The position numbers and the translations under genes are program-made. Positions 30,298 to 44,132 of a stretch of DNA of 64,000 nucleotides are shown here, in pieces. The notes beneath the pieces were generated by a model, which was not told where the DNA came from, did no database searches, and saw nothing but the letters and a program-made list of their open reading frames with translations. The DNA comes from Vicugna vicugna (taxonomy: Eukaryota): positions 4,361,862 through 4,425,861 of the forward strand of contig MU059902.1 in assembly GCA_013265495.1 (NCBI GenBank), read 5' to 3'. The stretch's first letter is position 1, and each line of letters begins with the position of its first letter.

Positions 30298-32094
30298 TCA
30301 ACAAGCATTAGCAATCGTCAGGTGTGGGCTATCCGAATTATTCCCAGCAACGACCCTCAAAGGTAGATACTGTTGTCATAAATTACGGAAGTGAGAACCA
30401 TCTGGGCAAGTTTGTGGAAATTCCTTGGATCACATAGAATCTTCTGGCTCAAAAAGCAGTTGTGTTATATGATTTTGAGCTCAGACTTTGTTCAACTCAG
30501 TTTTAACTTTGATCTGAGGTCCTCACTTTTTCCAAGGCAGAGGCTGGCAGGTCTACCCTCTACCTGCCTGGGGAGAACAAGCTTCTAAATTACAGAGGCT
30601 GGTACTTGAACCTCATTACTTCCTCCAGAGACAGACCCCTAAAAGAGAGCTCTGGGCCCATGAGCAAAGCCTCTCAGCCATCTTGGCAGGCCACATGCCA
30701 AACTTGATAGCAAGTACTGAATTTTTGTTTCTTGGGCTAAACCTGCCATCTTCTGGGCCAGGAGAATTCTCTGTGGAGGAGGGTGATGTAAGAAAGCACG
30801 CTGAGTGGCGCCAGCGACCAGGAGCAGGAGGGAGGGTTCAGCTGCAAGGCCAGGCCCAGCGGGAGGCACCGAGGGTCTTCGTACAGGAGCAGAGCACTCT
30901 GTCGTCCATCCCCCAGTGTCTGCAGGGCCAGAGGAGGCCGGGCCACCAGCGGGTTCTGACCTGCCATCTCGTTACCAAGGGAATCCTTCTGTTGGGGTGA
31001 GTGTCTGGTTACCAGGCTCTTCGGAAGGTCACCTTAAGGTGACCGGTCGTGTCTTGGACACCCGATTCCCTCCCACCCCCTCTGGGAGAGATGGGGAAGC
31101 ACTGAGTCTCTTCTTCTGGTGGATGGAAGGATCTGAGGCCCAGAGGAGAAAATGTTTGGCTCACGGGAGCCCCCTCACCGAAAACCAGAACAGAAGCCCT
31201 TTGCCAGAGGCTCTCATGCATCTTCGAGCCCCTTGTGAAAGAGCCAGACCTTCATCACCTTTACGTCCGCCCCAACCCCCAGCGCACGCTGCCGGACACA
31301 GCATCTTACAACAGTAGCTACGTCACACGTTGTTAGCTCGGGAACTGAGAAGTAGAGAATAAAAAGCTAGGGGAACAGGAAGAAAGGTAACGGCATAATT
31401 CCAATGCCTGCCTTGTTCTGGAGACCCCCTCCTGCCTCCGTGTGAAATTTCTCCCTAGGACTTGCCAAATTCAAATTTGGAGGAAATGATACATGGGTTA
31501 ATAACCAGCTAGGATCATCAGGGCGGAAATACAACAGTAACACCACGGTGATGCTCTCTGGAAAGATGTCGCTACGCCTGTCTTCACACACGTGATCAAT
31601 TTAACCCGCTGCCCAGCCTGCAGAGCAAGGCGATGCTCTGCTCTGGAGTCCCGGGGACAATCAAGCATCCAACGCCAAATGAGCAAACCTGGTAATAAAG
31701 CCGGTTAGAGGCCACCTCCTTCCTGCTCCTCGCACACGTTGTTTGCAAAACAGTCCTGTGCTTCACCATCTGGCCCGTGGGCTTTGATGGGTCACTGGGC
31801 TCAGGCATGCGGAGTCAATGGTTACAGGAAGACCCCGCGGGCCCCACAGTCATGAGGGCTGAACGAAGACTGAGCCTTTTGACGTGTGGTAAAGTGGCAT
31901 TTGTAGGAAGCAGGTTGGAGGATGGAAGCCCCACAGGGACGCCCCACCTTCCCCTCTCTTTGGGAGATCGCTCCTAAGAGGAGAGCAGAACCACTTATGA
32001 GAAGCTGTGTAGTTTCAAGTACGTCGTATCAATGAGGCTCCTCCGAGCGCCAGGAGTCAAGTCCTCAACTGGGTCCCTGGGGTTTGAGGGCACC

Positions 32095-32302
32095 CCGGGT
32101 AGGCGAACCTTCCCCGTAAAGGGCCAGTCAGTAAACATGTTAGGCTTTGCAGGTGGCGGGTCACTCTGTGACCTCTCACCCCTTCCATTACGGCCCAAGA
32201 GCAGCCGCGGATGCTGTGCAAACCAATGGGTGTGGCTAGGTCCCAATAAATCTTTATTTATAAAAACAGCTTTGGCTTATGGGCAATGGTTTGCAGACCC
32301 TG
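32095..32302 (+). mobile_element. hAT-Charlie MITE, MER58A-like
   Basis: gtaaagggccagtcagtaaacatgttaggctttgc...cccaataaatctttatttataaaaacag; degenerate TIRs cgggtaggcgaac / gtttgcagaccctg. Confidence 0.82.
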
Positions 32303-35300
32303 ACTTAGGTGAACAGCTGAAGGTGGAGTGACTTACCAAGTAAATAAAAATGTAGAATCTACTTTGAATAGCTGGTGAAATCTGGGGCTCAAACAGCAAG
32401 CTTTTGGTTCTGTAGAACCTTCCTGCTCTACCAGCAAAGGTTTACAGTCTTTTGAGATTTTCACTGGCCACTGTCAAGGTGATTTCAAAGGCAGCCACGC
32501 CCCTGTCTTATCAAGTTGGACCATAACGACCAGCAGCGGGCAGCTTCCCCCCGCAGGGTGCGTCCACGCCAAGCCAGCTTCAGAGCAGATCCCTCTGCGT
32601 GACATGCATTCATCAGGAGTCTGGATTTTCGGAGACTGGAACTCAGGGAGGATCTTACCGATGGCATCCCACCAGTGGCCCTCGAAAATATTTAGGCTCT
32701 GTGTCTGTCAATGTTTTTCCATTAACGTTGAAAAGAAACCGCATTTTGTGAAAGACACGAATATTCAGATCACGGAACCTTTGTGCTGAAAGGACGTTGC
32801 CCAGTGGTCTGTGGACAGGGCTCCCCCCACAAAAGGCACCGTTCTCAGGGGGACCACCTCCCACCCCCTCCCTCCTCGCTCGTTTCCCTCAACACTCGCT
32901 CCTGGGCCGACGTCCCCCCCAGCCAGATCTCCGGTGCTTATTAAACACTGCAGGCGGGGGTATCTGCGCCCGAGCCCTCGCTGACCCTGGAGGGGGGCCA
33001 CCCTTGAACAGCGTCTACACCAGCTGTGGGGCGGCGGGGCTGTCACTGGGGTGATAGTGATGTCACTTTAAGGGGACGTGCACTCTACGCTCCCAAGGAA
33101 GGGGGAAAAATCAACAAACTTTCTCCTCTCCACTTCCAAGGTCAAGATTCTCCTCTCTGTCTTCAACCCTTGCAGCTCAGACCTGGCCCCAGAGCACGGA
33201 GCGAGCTGGGCGTGGAAGCTGGAGTCCCTTTCCTGACAGGTGTTATTGTTCCTGCTAATTTAGGGGCTCTTTCGGCTCCCAGTAATTGCCACTGTATACT
33301 AACGCGCTAGGAATCAGCTGCCGCCCGGATAATGAAAAATTATACCCGGAATAATGGATGGCGACAGATGGATTACCAAGCTCGGCATCCATCAATAGGG
33401 CTTTTATGGCCATATCTGTGGTGGTTTGTAATAAGATCAGACCCTGAAGATTGATGTGGAAGTTGGTAATCTATCTCTGGGTCTAGATGAGTTTCTTATT
33501 AAATGGAGCTGAATCAACTGTCCAGGGCAGAAACCTGCCCACCCAGGACCCTTCTTGCAGCACGGCAGGGGTGGTGTGGCACACCTGGCTGGTGCCCTCG
33601 GATGGAGGCAGACACCACGGCCCTGGGATTTGTCGAGGCAAAGAGATGACATTTCTGTGTCTACCGTAGCTCATTTACAGAGCAGGGCTCTCGTGTGCCT
33701 GTGTTATGGAAACAAGGACCCGGTGATGGATGGATCCAAGGATGTCTGTCTCCTGGGGTTGGAGAGGTGACAGCAGGCACCCGTAGTGCAAATTCCACTG
33801 CAGAGGGACCACTCCTTCCCCACAAACACTGCAAAACGTTGACTGCACAGCACGTCTTTGACAAATGGTCCCTGGAAAGTGGAAGCTTGCGGCATCCACT
33901 GGGAGACAGGCGAGAGGCCAGCCCCACTTCCTTGAGGAAGAGGTACCCCAAAGTTGAGGCCCATGCTGAGGCAGCTGGCTGCCTATGGGGGGGTGGGGGT
34001 AGGCTGCTGAGGGAAAATGCACCTTCTAAAACTGGGGTGTTTACAGAAAATCAAGGCCACCTGCTTTGTGGCAGGGACACAAAGGCACACAGGTTTCTGA
34101 GTGACCCTGAGACGCCTTCCACGGGGTGAGTGATGGAGGTGCTTGGAGCCAAGATGCTGAGACGAAGCGTCCGCTCATCGGAAGTCCCTCCAGCCGAAGG
34201 CGGGACCGACCATCGGGAGAACAGAGCCTCCCCCAGGAAGGGGCTGTGCGGGTGTCTCACAGGACTCGGCTCTGTCCTGACAGCACGGGGAAAGTGAGCC
34301 GTCAAGGAAGCAGCCCAGAGGGGCCTCGGAGGCAGGCAGCAGCTGTGGCCCGTGGCCGGGGAGCCGGGCCATGTGAGGCACTTCTGATTGTCAGCGGGGA
34401 TGAGGGAGCCTCCTCCCCTGGCGTCTAGCGAGCAGAGGTCCTGATGCTGGCAGACATCCTGCCCGCACAGGGCGGCCCCACGAGAAGGAATGATCTGGAC
34501 CCAAACGTTAAGGGTGCTGAGGTTCTCCGCTAACAGGAGAAATGTGTGACCACAAGAAACGGGTGTTCACATCTCCAGCCCACGTCACGCCATCTGAATC
34601 GATTCACAGGGACACCATCACGGAGGCAGCATGCGGTTAGCGGGTCAGAAACGTCCCGAGATTACACCCCGTGTGGCTGTAATGTGAAAAATGTGGTCCT
34701 TTCCCTGTCACCGCCCTCCTCCTCCCTCCAGCCCCGTCCACGTTAAGAGCACAGACAAGACGGGGGCGGGGGTGCAGGATGGACTCAGCGGCGGCAGATC
34801 GATCCACGTGGTGAAGTGAGCCCCGCTGGCAGTGATGCCCATGTCGTCCTCGGTGAATTAGCACAACCCCACGAAGCGGGTGCAGAGATGCACCCCGTTT
34901 CTGCAGGGAGGCTGCACAGGGCAATCGGGGAGGCCCCCAAGATCACGCTCAGGCGCAGCAGTTCCCAGGAAAGATCCACGGCACTGAATAAAGCCGTTAC
35001 CCTCCACTTACGGCCCAGGACAGTCAAAGCCTACAGACGAAGATCAGCACTGGGGAGAGGTGCTTGGTGCGGAGTGCAGGAGAGGCCAGGAGCTTCCCCC
35101 ATCCTCGCCGACGGGGCCACGGGTGGCGCCAACTCCCGCCAGCGACGCCGGTGATGACGTGCGTGGGGTATCGCCAGCCAGGGAAGCGCCCCCGAGCCTG
35201 GGTGTCCAGATCTTGTTGGGGCCTGGTGGCGCGCCCATGGCTGACCTCCCACACGGCTGGTCTCGGTCTCCCGCCGGTCCAGAGGTCAAGGAGACACAGC

Positions 35301-36053
35301 ACCCCAAGGCCCCGCCAGAAGTCACCTTGTTGGCGTAGCCGGCCTGCCCAGCCCAAGGCCCCAGGTAAACAAAGACACTCTTACCAGGAAGGACACGCCA
35401 TGGCTCAGAGGTGATCTCCCAGGATGGGGACACAAGACCTTTCCTCGAGCCAGTTTAACTCTTTACTGCACACACAACGAAGACCCAGAAAATACGGGAC
35501 TCGAACCCAAGCAGTCTTGCTCCGGGGCCCGGGCCTTTAGCAGAACAGCGGTCCTCCCTCCGCATGGGCTGGCCAGTGGCCACGGGGCCCTGGTCAGAGA
35601 CTCTGCAGGTGAAGACGTGCGCCGCGTGCAGGGCCCGCGCCAGAAGGGGAAGCCTGCAGCACCCACGGGGGCCCGCGCTGGCTCGGGGCTCCACACGGGA
35701 CTTGGAGCTGGATGGCATCCGCCGACATCAGGCTCAGCTGAAAGCTGTCCCACCCCCGGGCTGGCCACACCTGGGGGCGAGGTCCCCAGCTGAGAACCTC
35801 CTTTGCGTTGGGAGACGCTGCTGAACTTGAGAATTAAGTTGTGCAGACGAGGAGACAGAGGGAGCCCGGGCCTAACAGACAGACGGCGCCAGAGCCCAGC
35901 AAATGCGGGTGTCTGCCGGTCCCTTCTTAGCACCATCTTCTGGGCCAGGGAGGAGGCAAGCGCTGCCCCTTCAGACCGTGGACCCTCAGGGGGGTGGGGT
36001 GTGATACACGGAGAGCCGGGGAAGCCCCCTAGCTGGCAGTGGGATTTGCTTCC

Positions 36054-36135
36054 TGTCGTGGGGTCGAATTGTGTCCCCCTGTCCCCTGCCCCAAATGCAG
36101 ATGCTGGCGTCCTGCCCCCACGGCCCCAGGAGCTC
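36054..36135 (+). mobile_element. MLT1 LTR 5' fragment
   Basis: tgtcgtggggtcgaattgtgtcccc...ccaaatgcagatgctggcgtcctgccccca. Confidence 0.5.
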
Positions 36136-36424
36136 CTATGCCTTCTGCGGTTTGTGATGCTCAGGCCCCGGGGGGGCACTGAGGCAGTGAGGGTCCCCGA
36201 GGCCCGGAGCCCTCACCCGAAGTCTGTAAGACCACTACCCACCTCCCAGCTGACTCAGAACCACGGCCGGGCTCTCCTTCTGGCCCCCGCACCCCACGCC
36301 CTTCAGCTAGCCCCTCACCAGGACATCACAGAGCGGGGCGGGGCCCGCACCCTGAGCCCCGGTCTTCACCACACACTCCCCCGGCCCCAAGGCCGCTGAC
36401 GCCGGGAGAGGTGACGGGGTCTCT

Positions 36425-36805
36425 CTGTCGTGGGTTGAACAGGGTTCCCCCAGAATTCACATCCCCCCAGACCCTGGGAATATGACCTGATCTGGAAATC
36501 TGGCCTTTACAGGTGTACTTAGTCACTTAAGCATCTGGAGGCGGCGTCATTCTCATCCCAGCGTCTGGTGCCCTTATAAGACACATGAGAGGAGAAGACA
36601 CAGAGACGCAGGGAAGAAATCCGCATGGGGACAGGGGCAGCGATGCAGCCACCGCGGCCACCAGGAGCTGGAGGCAGACGTGGGAGCGGCCCCCCAGAGC
36701 CCCAGGAGGGAGCCTGGCCCTGCAGGCACCTGATGCTGGCTCCTGGCCTCCAGACCCGTGAGAACACATTTCTCTTATTTTATGCACTCAGCTTGCATGG
36801 CCGAG
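36425..36805 (+). mobile_element. MaLR solo LTR (MLT1-type)
   Basis: gtgggttgaac...gaatatgacctgatctggaaat...cccttataagac...ggcctccagacccgtgagaacacatttct. Confidence 0.75.
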
Positions 36806-37720
36806 AGGCTGTGTCTCAGGGGTTAGCTTCTCCCTCCCCGGCAGGCGCAGACCCTCCAAATCCCCGAGGGGCCGGTGAATGCAGACCCCTGACTCAGCCG
36901 GCCTCCTGAGGGGCGACATCCTGTGTCTCACCTGCTCCTGGGGTCACCGACCCCACACCCAGTGCAGCGAGGCCTTGATCAGAAAACCGCGGCATCCTGC
37001 CCACCACCTGCCACTGGGAACAAAGTCTTACTGGCACATGGACACAGCCATTTGTTTCCGTGTTGTCTTGGGCTGCCCCTGTGCTGCAATGGCACTGAGC
37101 CGTGTGGCCTGGAGGCCTGACATAGTTCCTAGATGGCCCTTTATGGAAAATTTGGGGCCCCTGCCCTAGGGGACGGCTGAGAATCCCGGAGCGGGTACCG
37201 CGTGTGTGTGGCATGACCAGGGCGGGGACGGAGGGGCAGCTGGGCAGGGCGAGGGGCGACCCTCCCAGCCCTGTCCACCCTTTTCCACCTGCCTCTCGCG
37301 CTGCCTGACCGCACGGATCGGGGGTCGAGCTGCCCCTTTCAGAAAGCGGCAAGAGCTCGAAAGGGTTTCTGAACTGAATTTCATGGCTCTGAAAACGGGC
37401 CACCCACGGAGGCCAGGCTCCATCCACGTGGCTCAGACTTGCACTCAGTAACAAGTAACAACCAAGACACCGAAGGGGAACCAGGACACGTGGCCGCAGC
37501 CTGGCGCCCCAGCCTCCGCAGGCCCGGGGTCAGAGACGCCCGTTCCCGGCCCGCGTCCTTTCCAGCGGAAAGGCCGGTCCCGAGGGGAACGCGGGAGCCC
37601 CCGGGGGCGGGCCCGGGCTTCAGGGCAGCATGTGCGCCGGGCCTTCCGAAGCGTGTCACCGGCCCCACCTCTCCTGTGCTGCTCGCGATCCCCGCCTGGA
37701 ACGCGCAGGCTCGCTCACGT

Positions 37721-37773
37721 CACACATGCACGTGCACGCACGGGCACACGCACACACCCGGGCACACACGCAC
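37721..37773. repeat. Degenerate (CA)n/(CACG)n tract
   Basis: cacacatgcacgtgcacgcacgggcacacgcacacacccgggcacacacgcac. Confidence 0.7.
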
Positions 37774-38399
37774 ATTGAGGTTATTGCTCATCTCACTGAA
37801 GAACCGAAGCAGCTGATCCTGGGCTTTGAGCTCAGAAGCCAGTAAGGAAATGACCCATTTTCCCCTTAACTCCCAACAGCACCTGACGACTTCAACGAAG
37901 GACGGCAGCCTGGGAAGGGGCGCCGGGGCGGCCGGAACCGCCCGATGCCAAGGAGGGGGTGGGGAGGGACACGCAGTGCCCATCAGCCAGGGCTGCAGAG
38001 AGCCGAGGCCTTCTGCCATCAGAGCGGCACGTCCCTGGCCTGGGCCTGGCAGCTGGGGCTCTTGGTCCCACGTGTCAGCTGCCAATTCTGTGACTGGATT
38101 ACTCGCCAGTGGGCCCAGCACCCGCCATCAGGACAGGGTCTAAATTTAGCCCATAAAACAGTGAATGGATCAAACCTCTGGCAGACAGTGAGGCTCTCCC
38201 CACAGAGCCTGGCTGCCCTTACTCCACACCACCCTCACGGCACCACCTGCACATTCCGTGCCTGCAGGTCCTGTGCCAGGTGCTGCCATGGGGCTCCAGA
38301 CCAGGAGGGGCAGGCACACAGTAGGTGTGCAGAGGACGGTGGCTCCCACCCAGTCTTCACAATGGCAGAACCCAGGCAGAGGCATCTCGCATGCTGCCG

Positions 38400-38594
38400 T
38401 TGCCATGAGAATATGCCCAGCCTTTGGGGGGAGGGATGGGAGGTGGAGCAGAGCTGACAGCCTCGAACTCAGGGACAGAAGCCAGTCCCCATGAGTGACA
38501 GAGCGAACCCCAGTAATTCACTCATACAGTTGTATATCCTAAGGTTTGGTGCTGTTTGTTATGTGGCATTTCCATGGCGTGGCTAGCTGATACA
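38400..38594 (+). mobile_element. Older MLT1 (F/G/H-like) LTR 3' fragment
   Basis: catgagaatatgccc...gtggagcagagctg...gtttgttatgtggcatt...ggctagctgataca. Confidence 0.5.
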
Positions 38595-41436
38595 CTAAGT
38601 GAAGAGGGAAAGGAATGGGTCTTCCAGGGAAAGAGGATGCGCTGTGTGGAGGATGAAGGTCAGAGATGGCTTCCTGAGAGTGTGAGGACTCAGGGCAAGA
38701 AGGCTCCACTGACAGGACAGTGCAGGAGGATCCCGGCTCCCAGGGTGGGGGGGTTCAGTTCAGAGCTCAGAGGCCCAGTCACCTTGGGGGCCACATCTTG
38801 TGCTTGCAGCCTTGCTCACTGTTCTCACATCCTGACAACCACACACAGGTGAGCCCCAGGCTTTCCCTTCAGGAACGCCGGGCTGACACTGGAATGAAGG
38901 GTGGGGACGGGGGACGGACAGAAGGGATTTGCCCTGCATTATAGAGACAGAAGGCTTAGGGAGGTGGCTGTGGGCAGCCTGAAGGGAGGGGTCATGGTGG
39001 GAGCAGGCCCTCTGCCTCCCCAAAGACCCTTCTCGGGGTTCCCCCAAAACCAGAGTTCTGGGCCCAAATCGCAACGTGCATCCTGCACTGAGGCCCCTCC
39101 AGGGGCTCATGACGCACAAGTGTGAGAATCTCCTGGGAAAGAAGCTGCCTTCAGAGCTGGTTTCACCCCGCGTTCCGCAGACACGTTGGCGTCTGCGCTC
39201 TCCTCCCCCAGAACACACGTCTGAACTGCCGAGAAGCCGCGTGTCCGTGGAGCCCGGCAGGACGTGGGCTAGGAGAGGAGCCCGCCCCCGCCCCCGCCGT
39301 GGGGTGCCGCTGCTTCCCCAATGCCAGCCCACTCCCTGTCGCCCCCTCCGTCCTCAGCAAACGTCTGTGGATGGAGAGAAGAAACTCAGCTCTGGAATCT
39401 GAGTCCAGGAGGGGCGACCCCGGTTGCCTAGTCTTGGCTGGCAAGCTCCAGCTCCAGAGAGCCAGGGAAGCGAGGTCAGGACTCCTGTCCACAAACCCTG
39501 CCCAGAGCATCCAGAGCAAGGGTGCCCGGCGCCAGTCCAGGGGCCCCCGCTGAGCTGGGACAGCCACACCTTCAGCCCTCTCTGAGCTGCTTTCTGCAGT
39601 GTGGAGCCTCTTACCTGGCTGGCTTCTCCCGGTTTGGGGCCCGGCTCTATTTTTCTGTTGAGAGTCTATTTTTCTGCATCGCTGTGGCTCCCGCCCTCCA
39701 TCAGGGACATGCCTTCCTGTGAGTTCTGAGCCAAACCTTCAGGGTTAAACTGAGCCCCAGGGGCGGGGTGCGGTGTCCGGCCCAGGCTCCTCGGAGCGCA
39801 CAGCGCTAAGCTTGCAAACAGAGCGCGGAGGCCCAGCTGGCTGTCAGCTCTGCCTTCAGAATCCACTGGCAGTGTCAACGGAGCCAGCAGGAGGGAGATG
39901 GCTATCCCCACGTCCCATTAAAACCTCTGTGTAGCCAGAAAGTTTGGGGAAATTGCAATGCAGTTTTGACCGGGGTGGGGAGGCGGACAAGAGAGCAGAG
40001 GCAAGGCGAGCGAGCCCAGCGTCAGCGGCACGCGGGGTTCCTGGATCACGTTTCAAGGCTTCCTGGTGGGAAATCCTTACATCCAGTCACCTCTGCTGTC
40101 TTTATGCTGCTAACTACCTTTTTATTAAAACAATAAACAGACAAACAGCCACACTTAAAAGACCCCAATACCACCACCCCCGCACCCCCCAGAAGCCCCG
40201 GTGGCCCTCCCGAGGATCCTTCTCCAGCTCCTAGAAGGCACAGTGTCAAGGCTCAGAAGAAATCGTGCCGACCACCATGGAAGCCTATGTCCTCACTACG
40301 TGGTGGTGGTCTGATCCCCCCTCCCCCACCAGGATGGGAGCAGGGCTGGGCAGTGTCCCGCAGGGAGGGGCACAAGATGAGAATCACCGCTGCCACCCCC
40401 CCACACCGGGGGCAGATCCCCTGCCGGGCCAGCTGAGATGCGCTGGTGCCCGGGCAGGGCTGGACCTGTCTCTGCATCTTGCCTCCTGCGGTTGCTGCAA
40501 GGTCAGAGCATAAAAGATCCAGGCAGTGATGGCTTTGGGATCCATCCCCATGATGCCAGGGGAGCAGGGAGGAGGGCCTGAGGGTGGGGGGCCCAGGGGA
40601 GGGCTGCGAAAAGCAAGCTGATCGGCAAACAGTGGCTCTTTGCTTTGCGGTGGGGTCCCGGCAATATTCTAACCCGTGTCTGCAAGACAGGCTTTTTCAA
40701 AGCACAGGACTGAGACCCCATCCAAGAGAACAAGCAGAAGCAGACGGAAGAGTGCTCACGTCCAGCCTGGGCACCAGGAGCCGGGAGTCCCCTGCGGGTT
40801 CAGGGAAAAAACAGCACTGTCCTCCCACCCACCAGAGGACGGCTGCTTGGAATCAAGGAGGTGTCCAGGGGCTAGACGGCCTTCCAGAAAGACGGAAACC
40901 CAGCTTCCGGCCCGCAGGAGCCCGCCCTCACTGCCTGCCCCCAGGGCGGGAGTCTGCAGACCCTTCCTGCAAAGGGCCAGCCAGTTAAGCTGAGGCTCCA
41001 CGGCTCACAGCGCCTCCCGCACAGCCCTTCATCCTGCCTGCAGCCCAGAAGCCGCCACAGACACAGCCGAGCAAACTGGGGGGGCTGCCGCGTCCAAAGA
41101 AACTCTGCCCGTGGACACCGCCATTTGGAGCTCACGTAATTTTCACAGGTTATGAAACATCATCCTCTGGATTTTGTTCAGCCATTTACATGTGTAAATT
41201 CTCAGCTCCCACAAGGCACACAAACAGGAAACAGGCAGGGCTTGGTCCCGCTCTGATCCAGAGCCTCAGACGATCTCTGCAGCTTTTCACGCACGATGTC
41301 CAGCATCTAACGCCAGATTACCAGACACACCCAGGGACAGGACCAGATGGACCAAACACAAGGGAAGGAAAAAGGGAAAAACAGAACAATCTCCTAGAAC
41401 ATCTAGGTTCTGGAGTTTTCAGGCACCGACATTCAC

Positions 41437-41534
41437 TATTTTATTTTTTTTCCTTAACAGTGGTCCCGGAGATTGAACCCAGGGCCTTGTGTGTGCTGAG
41501 CACGTGCTCTACCACCGAGCGATACCCTTGCTCC
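41437..41534 (-). mobile_element. tRNA-Ala-derived SINE (Vic-1-like)
   Basis: plus gattgaacccagggccttgtgtgtgctgagcacgtgctctaccaccgagcgataccc with T-rich tail on the left. Confidence 0.85.
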
Positions 41535-43964
41535 GGCACAAACTTTAAAATAACAGTGACTAATCTCTCAGGGACAACAGATGACAAGACAGAGCATTTC
41601 AAGAGAGAGCTGGGATAAATACTAGTATCTTAGGTATAAATAATGCATATGAGTTATTTATGTATTTATATATGAATAATGCATCTGGCTATTTTTGAAG
41701 GAAACAGAATCTGCTCCTGCTAATCCATGTGTGATTGGCCCGGGTGGGTTTTGCTTCCTCCTGGGGCCCTGGTTCCCCATCCACGTCCTGAGGAACTGGG
41801 CTTCCACGGTGGTTCCTCCACCTGTTCTGAGCCTTGACACCGTGCCTTTGAGGGGCTGGAGAAGGACTGAGGAGGTGGCTCTGGGTCCCCACTCCCGTTC
41901 ACGCCTTGCTGTCCCCCTTTAACTCATTCTCCATCCTGGGGGTGTGAGGTTTCACTAGAAAAAACTTTGGAAACTTTGGAGGGTTTCGTGCACAAGGGCC
42001 CTTCCAGCAGCAAAGATGTACAATTCTGTGAAGGGAGGAGATTCGTTTTCTCAGAGGCAAGGAAGGGATGAGCAGGAAAGGCCACGGAAGGGGACTGTTG
42101 TGTGGCCAGAATGAAGGCCACACGGCCACGGAACCCCCAGGCCCTGACTGGCAGGACAGCTGCACAGCGCCTCGGGCAGAGCAGGGGGCCGCTGCCACGC
42201 CTGCAGCAGGACGTGTCTCCCCAGCTTCCAAGGCCTCCCTCTCCCCGGAGGACCCAGCCTTGGTCTCACGCCTTGAATTCTGCCATCAAGCTCCTGGTTT
42301 GATTGTTGTCTTTGAGACGCGAACTCTCCTTGGAAGACGAAACCATTCAGGTGGCTGTCACTGGGTGGGGGGTGGTGGGGGTGAGGTCACTTTTCAGTGA
42401 CAGAAGGGATTGAGAGGAGCGAGGAGACCCTGGGTCCTGATGCACAAGGTGGTGCGGAAAAGCCAGGGAAGGTGGCGGCTGACCCTCAAAAAGAGCTCCA
42501 CGGCAGGAACCGGACCAGGCTCCTTCCTCCTTGGCTGCATCGACTCCACAAAGAGGCGGCCCGGCTTGTTCCGCCCCTGCTAGGTGCCCGGTGGACCACT
42601 CAGCCCTCCCAGCTCTGCAGGACGGTGAATACGGGCTCAGAGAGATTGTGCGCACGCCCCCCCGGGCCATCCTGGGAGCTCTCAGCGCTGCAGTGACCGT
42701 CTCCACGCTGAGGAGGCACCACCCGAGGCATCACCTCCCGCCGACACCTCACCTCCCACCCTCTGCTGGGATCTCCCCGGGGAAATTCTGCACCCTTCAG
42801 GCACCAAACAAACCTGTCCCTTCCTTGCCCCTCCATCTCGGTGGCCACTGCCAGTGTCTTTGGCGCCTCTCCCCAGCCCTTTGATGACTGCCACTCTGTG
42901 GCTTTCCCTCCCGTGTGGCTGGTGGACTTTCCTGCACCCACAAGCCCCGCTCTTCGCCCGGTGGCTCCAGGGCTAGCTCGCCCAGCCTCACGGTGGGCAC
43001 TGACCACCATCTAGTGAGACAGCAGCACCAGGGGTGGGAGGAGGGCTGGTCGCATTAGGACGTGGGGCCAGCAAGAGGCCGAGTCCAGGAGCCAGGCCCC
43101 CACCCAGCCTCCCGGCTGCGGTGTCCAGAGTCACTGTGCACCCAGCTTCTGCTCAGGCCTGGCCAGCGTGTCAGGGTCCAGGGACGCATGTTTTTGGAGA
43201 ACAGGGAAGCTTTTTCCCTTGACTCCTGTTGCAACTGACTTCTGTTCTCCTGGGTGAATACCATCAGCTGGGCTGCCCAGCAGGCCTCGCTGCTCCTCGG
43301 AGGGAAAGGCCAGCTCCTAAATAAAGCTGGAGAACAGACACGCAGCCAGAACGTGCTGGGCCGCGGGCCTGAGGGCGCCCAGACGGGCGTGGGCCGGTCC
43401 CCTCCCCTGGGCTCCTGCCCCCGCCCCGCCCAGAGAGCCCGGCACCCAGACCCGTCGCTTCACCCACGGTCTGGAACTGAACGGGATCAGAACGCTCGTT
43501 CACGGCAGCCCCGTGTGCCCGAGGCTGTGCTGGACTGAGTGGTCAGAATGCTTCCCAGGCCATGGAAGCCTCTGCTGGATCCGGGAACAGGGATGTGGTC
43601 TCCGGATGAGGGTGCAGAAGAAAGGCTGGGATGGGGAAGAGGGGGAGTGCCTGCCTGCAGGCGCCGCAGGCGTGGGAAGCAAGGTGGGAGGAGGGGACGG
43701 GGCACTGGCCTCCACGAGTGGCTCGGTCACTCCTAACCACGTGGCCGTGGGCAGGGAGGTGGCTACCCGCTCAGAGTCTTGGATTCCACAAAGGAGACCG
43801 GCGAGAGCTGACTGCTCCCCACTCGCCCTCCAGCCCAGCTTTGGGCAGTGGGCGGGGTCTCTTCCGCCTCCAGGCAGTGCCATCCAAAACGTCACCAGCT
43901 CTGGGGACAATGGCGGTGTGGCTGGAGTAGAGGGTGACCCTTCGCTCCTCCTCCCTCTTCCTTG

Positions 43965-44132
43965 GTCTCTCTGTGTCTCTCTGTCTCTGTCTCCATCTCT
44001 CTGTCTCTGCGTCTCTCTGTCTCTCTTTGTCTGTCTCTGTGTCTCTCCTTGTCTCTCTGTGTCTATCTCTGTCTCTCCGTCTCTCTCTCTGCCTCCCTTT
44101 GTCTCTCTGCCTCTCTGTGTCTCTCTGACTCT
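43965..44132. repeat. Degenerate (CT)n/(CTCTGT)n microsatellite
   Basis: ctctgtgtctctctgtctctgtctccatctctctgtctctgc... Confidence 0.9.

Noticed and set aside
30095-30394. His-rich, Met/Val-rich and Asp/Gly-rich ORFs
   Set aside because: Translations of a degenerate (GAT/GGT)n repeat with no splice or homology support
5710-43020. Several CTCF-like motifs (near 5720, 17385, 36025, 43010)
   Set aside because: Each has two or more mismatches in the core and is expected by chance in GC-rich DNA
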